Assembly: GCA_041562555.1 (NCBI GenBank)
Contig: JBFEXS010000071.1
Span: 1 to 11,360 of the forward strand
Reading direction: 5' to 3'
Length of the DNA stretch: 11,360 nt
DNA from: Sulfurimonadaceae bacterium
GTDB taxonomy: Bacteria > Campylobacterota > Campylobacteria > Campylobacterales > Sulfurimonadaceae
Shown: one piece after another, positions 1 through 7,378 of the stretch
Layout of the letters: each line of letters starts with the position of its first letter
How positions within the stretch are numbered: position 1 is the first letter of the stretch
The notes under the pieces: model-generated
What the model saw: the letters and a program-made list of their open reading frames with translations, nothing else
Database searches by the model: none
Told to the model about the DNA's origin: nothing
Position numbers and translations under genes: made by a program

Positions 1-92
1 CAGAGGTCTTTGCAAAGATCGAGAAAGCGGCAGAAGATCGATTGAATACCCGCGGTGAAGATGATGAAGCATTTGAACCGATTGATGACTAG
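1..92 (+). CDS. 3' end of an upstream gene (partial), possibly the GspD secretin C-terminal tail
   Basis: The frame from position 3 reads EVFAKIEKAAEDRLNTRGEDDEAFEPIDD to TAG at 90-92, 12 nt before the gspE ATG. The identity is inferred only from its position before gspE; no diagnostic motif is visible. Confidence 0.45.
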   Translation, partial: EVFAKIEKAAEDRLNTRGEDDEAFEPIDD

Positions 93-104
93 GCAGGGAA
101 CAAG

Positions 105-1628
105 ATGATCTTAGAAGAGTATTATCATGATACGAATTTGCCAATGGCAGAGGTTGAGGGTATTGATTTTGACATTGCCTTGAAGAATCATCTCCTGTTT
201 ACAAAAATAGATGAGCAATTAACGGTTGCATTAAGTCAAAATCTATTGGTAGAAAGTAGCAATTACCTCAATAAACTTGAGTTGAATGCAAAAGTCGTCA
301 TTCTAGATGAGATCTCCTATGAAAGGCTTTACAACAAATATCTTGAGACAAAGACGGATAGAGAGATCGCCTCAATGAAGGATGAACGACATGAGGATGA
401 TATTAGTGAGGAAGAGCTCTCACTTGACGAATTTTTACGTACATCCTCGGACATTCTTACCTCAGAAGAGTCTGCCCCGATCATCAAATTCGTCAATGCT
501 CTTTTTTATCAAGCCGTCAAGAAAAAAGTATCGGACATCCATATTGAAACCCATGAGTCTAAGGGTGAAGTGCGTTTTCGATCCGACGGTGTCTTGCACA
601 AAAATGCGGACATGGACAGAAAGGTCATCGATCTGGTCATCTCTCGTATCAAAGTCGTCTCTAATCTGGATATCTCTGAAAAGCGTCTGCCTCAGGATGG
701 CCGTACCCAGGTGAGAATCGCAGGTGAGAATGTCGATATACGTGTCTCTGTATTGCCGACTTTTTATGGTGAACGTGTCGTAATGCGTATTTTGATGCAG
801 GGTGATCAGATCCCTGAACTGGTCGACCTTGGATTTAATGCACAGATGATCCAGCGTTTTGAAAAAGTCCTGGGCTCATCTCATGGGATCATTCTTGTCA
901 CAGGACCGACAGGTTCAGGTAAAACGACGACCTTGCACTCCTTTTTACAGTATGTCGCGACACCGGAACAAAACATCATCACGGTTGAGGACCCGGTGGA
1001 GTATAAAGCTGCGAATATCAACCAGATACAGGTAAATGAAAAAGTGGGCCTTACCTTTGCCTCAGCATTGCGTTCGATCCTGCGTCAGGATCCCGATACG
1101 ATCATGATCGGGGAGATCCGTGATGAAGAGACAGCACAGATCGCCGTTCGGGCAGCACTTACGGGACACCTGGTCTTCTCGACGTTGCATACGAACTCGG
1201 CAGCGGCCACACTGACACGACTTTCAGATATGGGTATCGAACCGTTTTTGATATCATCATCTCTTTTGGGTATCTTGGCACAGCGTTTGGTGAGAAAACT
1301 GTGTCCTGTATGTAAAGAAGAGGATGAGACGGCAGAAAAGTATCTGCATGAATATGATCTTAAAGAGGGGACAATACTTTATAAGCCTTTGGGCTGTGAC
1401 AAATGTGGCTACACCGGATACCAAGGACGTGAAGCACTAGGCGAATTGTTGATCATGGATGATGGTCTGAGAGAACTATTAAAGACGAGTACCAATGAGA
1501 TCGATATCCGAAAGTACTCGCTCTCAGTCGGATTAAAGACAATCCCAATGCAGTTAAAAGAGCTTCTTGTCGCCGGAGAAACTTCCCTGGATGAAGCGAT
1601 TAGAATTGGCCTTCATGAGAGTTCCTAA
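105..1628 (+). CDS. gspE: GspE/PulE-family type II secretion / pilus assembly ATPase (507 aa)
   Basis: Contains SDIHIE, LDISEKRLPQDGR, Walker A GPTGSGKTT, Asp box TVEDPVE, Walker B LRQDPDTIMIGEIRD, His box GHLVFSTLHTN and the Zn tetracysteine CPVC...CDKC. SD-like AGGGA at 95-99. Confidence 0.95.
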   Translation: MILEEYYHDTNLPMAEVEGIDFDIALKNHLLFTKIDEQLTVALSQNLLVESSNYLNKLELNAKVVILDEISYERLYNKYLETKTDREIASMKDERHEDDISEEELSLDEFLRTSSDILTSEESAPIIKFVNALFYQAVKKKVSDIHIETHESKGEVRFRSDGVLHKNADMDRKVIDLVISRIKVVSNLDISEKRLPQDGRTQVRIAGENVDIRVSVLPTFYGERVVMRILMQGDQIPELVDLGFNAQMIQRFEKVLGSSHGIILVTGPTGSGKTTTLHSFLQYVATPEQNIITVEDPVEYKAANINQIQVNEKVGLTFASALRSILRQDPDTIMIGEIRDEETAQIAVRAALTGHLVFSTLHTNSAAATLTRLSDMGIEPFLISSSLLGILAQRLVRKLCPVCKEEDETAEKYLHEYDLKEGTILYKPLGCDKCGYTGYQGREALGELLIMDDGLRELLKTSTNEIDIRKYSLSVGLKTIPMQLKELLVAGETSLDEAIRIGLHESS

Positions 1629-2085
1629 ACCGTCTTCCAATCCCGGGGCACGCAATGCCTTCACTCTGATAGAAGTGATGATCGCGGCGATCTTGATCTC
1701 CGTTGTGGGACTTTCCCTTTTGCAGATGCATCACAATAGTACGCAGATGGGTTACAAAATGCAAAACAAGTTTAAATACTCCGATTGGGTATTGATGGCT
1801 GCATATGAGCATACTTTGGAAAAGACGACAAAAAACACCAGTTTTATGAATCTCAGCAAAGCTTTTAATATTGATGATCGTGAAATCCGTTTGGGATTGA
1901 ATCAAAAAGCACGTATCCAGTCAGACCTGTTTCAGCGTATAAGTGCTGCAGATATGATGGGTGCCATTGAAGAAGAAAGTGATGAGGTCAGACCTGTCTA
2001 CGAGGGTTTGCATCTTGAAGTCTATCAGCAAAAGATCAGTATGGATCATGAGACATATACGCTTTTTAGGATCATCAAGCCATGA
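1615..2085 (+). CDS. Minor pseudopilin, GspI-like, with a prepilin N-terminal cleavage/methylation motif (156 aa from ATG 1615)
   Basis: RNA|FTLIEVMIAAILISVVGLSLL is a class III signal peptide with Glu5. The start was moved from the ORF-track 1567 to ATG 1615, which overlaps the end of gspE by 14 nt. The I-like call rests on position before the J-like gene. Confidence 0.8.
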   Translation: MRVPKPSSNPGARNAFTLIEVMIAAILISVVGLSLLQMHHNSTQMGYKMQNKFKYSDWVLMAAYEHTLEKTTKNTSFMNLSKAFNIDDREIRLGLNQKARIQSDLFQRISAADMMGAIEEESDEVRPVYEGLHLEVYQQKISMDHETYTLFRIIKP

Positions 2086-2645
2086 AAAAGGCCTTTACTC
2101 TGATCGAGTTGATGATATCGATCCTTTTACTCGCATTGATCGTCACATTTTTATACCAATCCGTTGCTCAGCTTCAACGTTCAAACCAGCAGTTTTTGAA
2201 AAAAAGTGAAGAGAACAGTGCAAGAGAAGCCTTGTTGAAACTTTTATATAACGACTTTATCAATGCAATTAGCGTAGAAAAACAGAATGAGAGTCCCCAT
2301 TTTGACGTCATCTCCCTGCAGACACAAAACTCCTTGCACAATATGAGTCAACCGTATGTGAGCTATAGGGTCTATCATGATGAGGTCTTAAGACGCGTCG
2401 AGAGTCCTACGGAAAAGATCGACTTTATCAATATGCATTTTCGTTTTAATGATATGATTAAAGGGGTAAAAGAGCTGCGACTATACGAGAGTAAGGGACA
2501 TCATCTTCTTTATCTCAAGGCAGAGGGGATTGATGATATCTATCTCGACCTTCTCCCTCCGACTTTTTTAAGTCAAAAGCAGGAGAAAAAAGATACAAGG
2601 AGTGTCAATGATGATACCAATGGATCACAAGGGCAGGAGGGTTAG
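2082..2645 (+). CDS. Minor pseudopilin, GspJ-like (187 aa)
   Basis: MKKA|FTLIELMISILLLALIVTFLY, then an amphipathic helix ending LLYNDFINA (J/PilW-like), and a VSYRV...LRRVES segment. ATGA overlap with the upstream gene. Confidence 0.85.
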   Translation: MKKAFTLIELMISILLLALIVTFLYQSVAQLQRSNQQFLKKSEENSAREALLKLLYNDFINAISVEKQNESPHFDVISLQTQNSLHNMSQPYVSYRVYHDEVLRRVESPTEKIDFINMHFRFNDMIKGVKELRLYESKGHHLLYLKAEGIDDIYLDLLPPTFLSQKQEKKDTRSVNDDTNGSQGQEG

Positions 2646-2647
2646 AT

Positions 2648-3181
2648 ATGCGAGGTAGTCGAGCCGGTTTTTCATTGATGGAGTTGATGATCGTCGTTGT
2701 GATTATCGGGATCGTCTATGCCATGGCATTGTCCACCTTTAAAGCACCCGGTCCGAACAGACAGGATAGTTTTTCATTGATGACACTCCCTGCCTATTTA
2801 CGGGAGAATTTCGCTTTGATGGACACAAAGATCGTCTGTTTTGAGCCATGCGGGACCTGCCAGATACTTGTTGATGGGGAATGGCTTGAAGATGAGATAG
2901 AACTTTTTGATTCCTCCGATATCCATGCCTACACTTTGGATGTGGAGGGGTTTGCGACGGAAGCTGAGTTCGTTCCCCACGATATCAAGGATGCGTACAG
3001 AGAAGCTTGTTTTATCTTGCATAAACGTGCAAATGACGCGATCTCTCCTATCGTATTGGGAGTAGATAAACAGTTTATCTATTATAAGGCGGGATATGAA
3101 GAGGTGAAGGCCTATGACTCACTTGCACAGATACAAAACGAGTATACTCAAACAGCAGAGCTGATAAGGAATGCGTATTGA
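2648..3181 (+). CDS. Minor pseudopilin, GspH/FimT-like (177 aa)
   Basis: RAG|FSLMELMIVVVIIGIVYAMAL is a canonical class III signal. SD AGGAGG lies at the end of the upstream gene. Four Cys (CFEPCGTC plus a later C) could form disulfides. Confidence 0.85.
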   Translation: MRGSRAGFSLMELMIVVVIIGIVYAMALSTFKAPGPNRQDSFSLMTLPAYLRENFALMDTKIVCFEPCGTCQILVDGEWLEDEIELFDSSDIHAYTLDVEGFATEAEFVPHDIKDAYREACFILHKRANDAISPIVLGVDKQFIYYKAGYEEVKAYDSLAQIQNEYTQTAELIRNAY

Positions 3182-4392
3182 TTTTTAAATATAAGGGTTT
3201 TAACGACCAGGGACGCAAAGAGAGAGGAACCTTGGAAGCCTCCTCTCTCGAAGAGGCTAAACTAAAGCTCAAGGCACGTTCGATTTTATATGAGAGTGTC
3301 TCTGAACAGCGCGGGTCACTTTTAAGCAATGTAAAGAGCATGCGTCCAAAGCGGGTTCCAAACAAGGTTCTCATTAATCTGTCACGGGAGATAGCCGCTT
3401 ATATCCGTTCGGGTATGACGATCGTCAATACGACAAAACTCTTGGGAAACCAATACAAAGAGAACAGGGTTATCGCATTGTTTCTCTCCAGTGTAGGGAC
3501 CTATCTGGATGAGGGAAAAAGTTTTTATGCAGCCTTGGAAGCACAAAGTGTCTATACCCTTCCACATTTTTACAAACAGTCCATCAAGGTGGCAGAAGAG
3601 CGCGGGGTGATGGATGATGTTTTGGTCGAATTGGCACGTTTTATGAAGGAACAGGAGCGTTTGCAAAAAGAGGTCGGTTCGGCTCTTTTTTATCCGGGAT
3701 TTATGATTCTTGTCGCCATCGGTGCCATCAGTTTCATGTTTGCGGTTGTCGTACCACGTATTACGGATATCTTTAAACAGATGAAACAGGAACTTCCGCC
3801 AATTACGGAAGTGGTCATCGGTATAGGTGATTTCATGGGGGCTCATTTCCAGTTGATGGGAGTACTCTTTGTGCTGTTTATAATTGTCTTTTCATATATG
3901 ATGAAAAGCTCGAAAGCTTTTAAATATATGGTTGATACGATGAGTCTTCGGGTGCCGCTTTTTGGTGAGATCATCAAAAAAAGCGAGCTTGGACGCTTTT
4001 CATACATGAATGCACTGCTAATTCGTTCGGGTGTTCCCATGGTGCAGTCGATAAACCTTTCATCACAGATCCTTAAGAACTCGGTGATATCGGGGATCTT
4101 ACAAAAATCGGCAAAGAAGGTGGTCGAAGGTTCCCGTCTGTCGGCAGCTTTAGCGTCGGATGAAAGTATTGTCGGCATTGGATTTATCCAGTCGATAGCC
4201 TTGGGGGAGGAGACCTCCAACGTCCCGGGAGTGATGAGTAATGTGGCTGATCTTTATTTTGAAGACAACAAAGATAAGATAGGGGTATTGTTATCCTTGA
4301 TGGAACCGATGCTGATGCTTTTTGTCGGTGGTATTATTGGTGCAATCGTCATAGCGATGTTACTTCCAATCTTCTCGATGAACATAGGTTAA
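3178..4392 (+). CDS. gspF: GspF/PilC-family inner-membrane platform protein (404 aa)
   Basis: N-terminal FKYKGFNDQGRKERGTLEASSLEEAKLKLK, two repeated T2SSF domains (YIRSGMTIV / LIRSGVPMV), ALFYPGFMILV, VVVPRITDIF...LPPITEVV, and C-terminal MEPMLMLFVGGIIGAIVIAMLLPIFSM. TTG start with TTGA overlap; SD AAGGA at 3166-3170. Confidence 0.95.
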   Translation: MIFKYKGFNDQGRKERGTLEASSLEEAKLKLKARSILYESVSEQRGSLLSNVKSMRPKRVPNKVLINLSREIAAYIRSGMTIVNTTKLLGNQYKENRVIALFLSSVGTYLDEGKSFYAALEAQSVYTLPHFYKQSIKVAEERGVMDDVLVELARFMKEQERLQKEVGSALFYPGFMILVAIGAISFMFAVVVPRITDIFKQMKQELPPITEVVIGIGDFMGAHFQLMGVLFVLFIIVFSYMMKSSKAFKYMVDTMSLRVPLFGEIIKKSELGRFSYMNALLIRSGVPMVQSINLSSQILKNSVISGILQKSAKKVVEGSRLSAALASDESIVGIGFIQSIALGEETSNVPGVMSNVADLYFEDNKDKIGVLLSLMEPMLMLFVGGIIGAIVIAMLLPIFSMNIG

Positions 4393-4393
4393 C

Positions 4394-5203
4394 ATGAATC
4401 GGAATGCTATTGCCTTGATGCTGACGCTCTTTATGCTTTTGGCGATGAGTGCCGCATTGAGTATAACCTTTGCACTTTTTCAAAAGAACTTCAAGACATA
4501 TAACAGTAATGGTTTCCGGATCCAGAGTGCTGTATTGATGGTCGATGCCGTAAATATGATGAATGCCCTGGCGAAGGATGCAGGGGATTCCCCTGAGGCT
4601 TTTGATATTTTGGTTCAGAGTGCGGAGGAGTTACCACTAAAGGTAGGAAATATTGACATGGTGATACGCATACGTCCTAAAAATGCAAAGTTCAACATCA
4701 ACCATTATGACAGAGAGAAGCATTATGAGAAACTGTATGCATAGTTGTTGGAGTACGAGCTGCAGCGTCCGGGGTACATTCTGGATATGATTGAAGACAG
4801 TCTCGATGCAGATAAGGATGAAAACCAGTACGGAAGTGAACGGGTATTGTATGACCCGTTCTTTGTGCAGGGGGAAATCAAGGACTATCATATGTTCCTA
4901 AAACTTTTGGATACCTATGCAAAAGAGACGAAAGATATGAATGTGTACAAGGTACCATGGAACGCATGGATCGATTTTAATTCACAGTTTATCGATGAAG
5001 CGTATATGACCATTGAGATGCAACGGGTTATTGAAGCTTCCGGAGGTATTAGCAATGAGCTTGAAGACTTTGCAAAAATAGGTGAAAACAGCTCTGAACT
5101 TGAGTGTGAAGTTTATCTTCGAAATGAGGAGGCCGAGAGTATTGCCTCCTTTGAGTTTAGTTTTAAGACCAAAGAGATCACAAACTTCAGGGCAATGCTC
5201 TGA
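4394..5203 (+). pseudogene. gspK: GspK-like tip pseudopilin interrupted by one in-frame TAG (4742-4744); 269 codons if read through
   Basis: ORFs 4394-4744 and 4745-5203 are contiguous in one frame (...KLYA*LLEYEL...). The N-terminus RNA|IALMLTLFMLL is a K-type pilin helix lacking Glu5, followed by AKFNIN. After the stop comes the acidic D-x-x-D-x-D...GSE motif (DSLDADKDENQYGSE) typical of the GspK Ca2+ site. No clear SD precedes 4745. Confidence 0.75.
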
Positions 5204-6763
5204 TCAATCCCTATCGGTATAGGGGTCCAAGGTCAGAAGGCGTGTATCTTTGATGGCCCTTCCAATGGTGAAGTGATACAGGCTTTGAAACTGATTGGCC
5301 TCAAGCCCCAGAAGATAGTGAAAACTGTCATCTAAAAAGCAGCCTATTCCTGTGGCACTTAGTCCAAGGGAAGTGGCTTCCAGATAAAGTTGCTGACCGA
5401 TAGCACCACATTCCCAGTAAAGTTCCTTATAGCGATGGGCCCCTTTATCATGTATCTGGGTGGAAAATTCACAGAGCATTCCCAAAGAAAACGCACCATC
5501 CGAAGCAATATCCTGATTGCAGGAGATGGATTTGGCCTGATATCTAAAGTCTCCCTCTTCTAAAAGGTAGAAATCTTTTCGTATCTCTTCAAATATAAAA
5601 CTCTTACGCATAAGACGCTTCAAAGAGGAAAGATGTTCAGGGTTTCTTACGAGCAGGTACAGACCTTTTTGCATGGATTCCACTTCATGTACAAAGAGAA
5701 CGAGATTGGCACTGTTCTCATATCCGGTAAGTGAATTTTTTACTGAATTCATAAGGGTAAAGAACTCTTCTTGAGTAATGGAAGCGTGTGAAGCATTCAT
5801 CATCTGTGTCGAGCGACGGCTCATGACGATCTGCTTGGAATTTCCGGTGGCTACACGGGGAACAGGTAGATATTGACTGCTGTTTTGTGAAGATGCCTCA
5901 GTGAAGCTTGCAACTTCAATACGCTCTATCATCTCCCATCTCTGGTGGGAGTGGGTAAGTTGATTTGCCATGCCTTGAAAGTGTTGTGGAAGACTTGAGA
6001 GGAGCACATCGATAGAAGGGGTGGACTTTTTTACCGGTGAAACGGCCAAAAGCATATCAGGAAATTCTGCTTCTTCTTTGATGTAGCGCTCCTGCTGATC
6101 AAATCCAAAAAGTCGTGCAAGCTGCTCATCATTGAGATCATCATACAGGCTTACTTTCCACCCTAACATCATGGCAGAGATCTGCAATGCCCGTAAAGCA
6201 TGTCCAGCATCCAGGCAGCAGTATCGAAAAGCACGTTCCCCATATTTCCATACTTCTCTATAGGTGATGGAACTGATACCTAAAAGAAAACTTCCTTCAT
6301 CAAGTTTTTCCCAAAAATCTGTATCAAATTCACAGAGTTTTTCTAAAGAATGATCTTTTGGAGCATAGTGTGAAAGTGAACTTTTATCACTGATTCCATT
6401 TACTGGAGGTAGGATTATATAGCCTTCCGTAGGATGAAGGTTACCACTGGAGGCATTGCATCTAAGTGCCCATTTTTGGTCTCCTGCCTGTTTCCATGCT
6501 GCAATGCCCAAGGAGAACTGGAAGAGTTGGGAAATAGACTGTATCAGCAAAGGTGCAGATGGAAGTTCATCATCGAAGATAAGATGGTAGGGCGGGGCAG
6601 GATTCTCCAAACTAAGAGGAAGGGAAACCTTGCTTGATCCTTCATAATTTCGAAAAGGATCAGGTTGGGTGTCCCAGTCCATATAGCCAAGAGACCGAGC
6701 ATAACGCCGGTGTGAGTGTTTTGTCTCATTATGATAGGTGAAAATTTCATTTAGTGTATTCAT
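5204..6763 (-). CDS. Two-domain SagB/ThcOx-type FMN-dependent nitroreductase-family oxidoreductase (519 aa from ATG 6763)
   Basis: Motifs YHNETKH...DWDTQPDPFRNY, LRCNASSGNLHPTEGY and WKYGERAFRYCCLDAGH; second domain with RRS and YWECGAIGQQLYLEATSLGLSATGIGCFLDD. The ORF-track extension to 6907 runs through promoter DNA, so the start was placed at MNTLNEIF. Confidence 0.85.
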   Translation of the reverse strand: MNTLNEIFTYHNETKHSHRRYARSLGYMDWDTQPDPFRNYEGSSKVSLPLSLENPAPPYHLIFDDELPSAPLLIQSISQLFQFSLGIAAWKQAGDQKWALRCNASSGNLHPTEGYIILPPVNGISDKSSLSHYAPKDHSLEKLCEFDTDFWEKLDEGSFLLGISSITYREVWKYGERAFRYCCLDAGHALRALQISAMMLGWKVSLYDDLNDEQLARLFGFDQQERYIKEEAEFPDMLLAVSPVKKSTPSIDVLLSSLPQHFQGMANQLTHSHQRWEMIERIEVASFTEASSQNSSQYLPVPRVATGNSKQIVMSRRSTQMMNASHASITQEEFFTLMNSVKNSLTGYENSANLVLFVHEVESMQKGLYLLVRNPEHLSSLKRLMRKSFIFEEIRKDFYLLEEGDFRYQAKSISCNQDIASDGAFSLGMLCEFSTQIHDKGAHRYKELYWECGAIGQQLYLEATSLGLSATGIGCFLDDSFHYLLGLEANQFQSLYHFTIGRAIKDTRLLTLDPYTDRD

Positions 6764-6874
6764 GGTGACATCATACGCTTTCGTGCTTAAGATGATATGA
6801 TAGATTCTTGGCAGGTGGAATAATGAATCTAGGTTTAATAAGCATTCTGACTTTGAAGATAAAAACAGGAAAGA

Positions 6875-6904
6875 TTGCAAAATTACAAAATATTTTGCTA
6901 GAAT
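6875..6904 (+). promoter_or_regulatory. Putative sigma70-type promoter for the CZB gene with an overlapping palindromic site
   Basis: TTGCAA (6875-6880), an 18 nt spacer, and TAGAAT (6899-6904) with extended -10 TG at 6896-6897. The perfect palindrome CAAAATATTTTG occupies 6886-6897. Confidence 0.6.
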
Positions 6905-6941
6905 CAATATAGGTGATGAGAATGTTTAAAAAGGGTGACTT

Positions 6942-7376
6942 ATGGACAGAGCAAATCTCATAGAGTTATTGCAAAAAGCCAAAAAAGCCCATATACAATG
7001 GGTGGTAAGAGCACAGGCATTGACGGAGGGATTACCGATACAAAAAGAGTCGATACCGGTGGCGTATACGGAGTGCGCCTTTGGACAATGGCTCTATTCC
7101 AATGGACAGGAAATTACCAAGATGCCGGGAATGGATGTCATGAAGGAAATAGAATCAAAACATTGTGAGCTGCACTCGGTCTATTTGAAGATTTTTACTA
7201 TCTATTTTCCTGATGCAAGAAAAGGTCTTTTTGCCAAGATATTCAGTGCTAAACACAAGGTGTCCCCTGAGCAACAGGCAGAAGCAAAAGAACAATTTAA
7301 AGTACTTAAGGGGATTTCGGATGAGTTGACGGATATGCTTGGACGGCTGGAAAGACGTCTAAACGCATTACGATAG
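6942..7376 (+). CDS. Stand-alone CZB (chemoreceptor zinc-binding) domain protein (144 aa)
   Basis: H17-x-x-W, C45-x-FG-x-W and H74-x3-H78 give the 3His-1Cys Zn ligand set of CZB domains. SD AAGGG at 6931-6935. Confidence 0.85.
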   Translation: MDRANLIELLQKAKKAHIQWVVRAQALTEGLPIQKESIPVAYTECAFGQWLYSNGQEITKMPGMDVMKEIESKHCELHSVYLKIFTIYFPDARKGLFAKIFSAKHKVSPEQQAEAKEQFKVLKGISDELTDMLGRLERRLNALR

Positions 7377-7378
7377 TT

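Noticed and set aside
1567..1614. Longer N-terminus for the I-like pseudopilin
   Set aside because: It lies inside gspE. ATG 1615 gives a more typical short basic leader.
2667..2782. Exact 14 nt direct repeat GTTTTTCATTGATG (2667-2680 and 2769-2782), encoding FSLM twice
   Set aside because: One 14-mer repeat in 11 kb of AT-rich DNA is compatible with chance. The second copy has no Glu5 or hydrophobic helix.
4742..4744. Genome-wide TAG reassignment or pyrrolysine
   Set aside because: TAG ends five other genes here at expected positions, and no pyl genes or suppressor tRNA are in the window.
6764..6907. 48 aa N-terminal extension of the nitroreductase in the ORF track
   Set aside because: It runs through the divergent promoter region, and family-like sequence begins only at MNTLNEIFTYHNETKH.
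5204..6941. Azole-containing RiPP cluster around the SagB-like gene
   Set aside because: No YcaO, transporter or Cys/Ser/Thr-rich precursor is visible.
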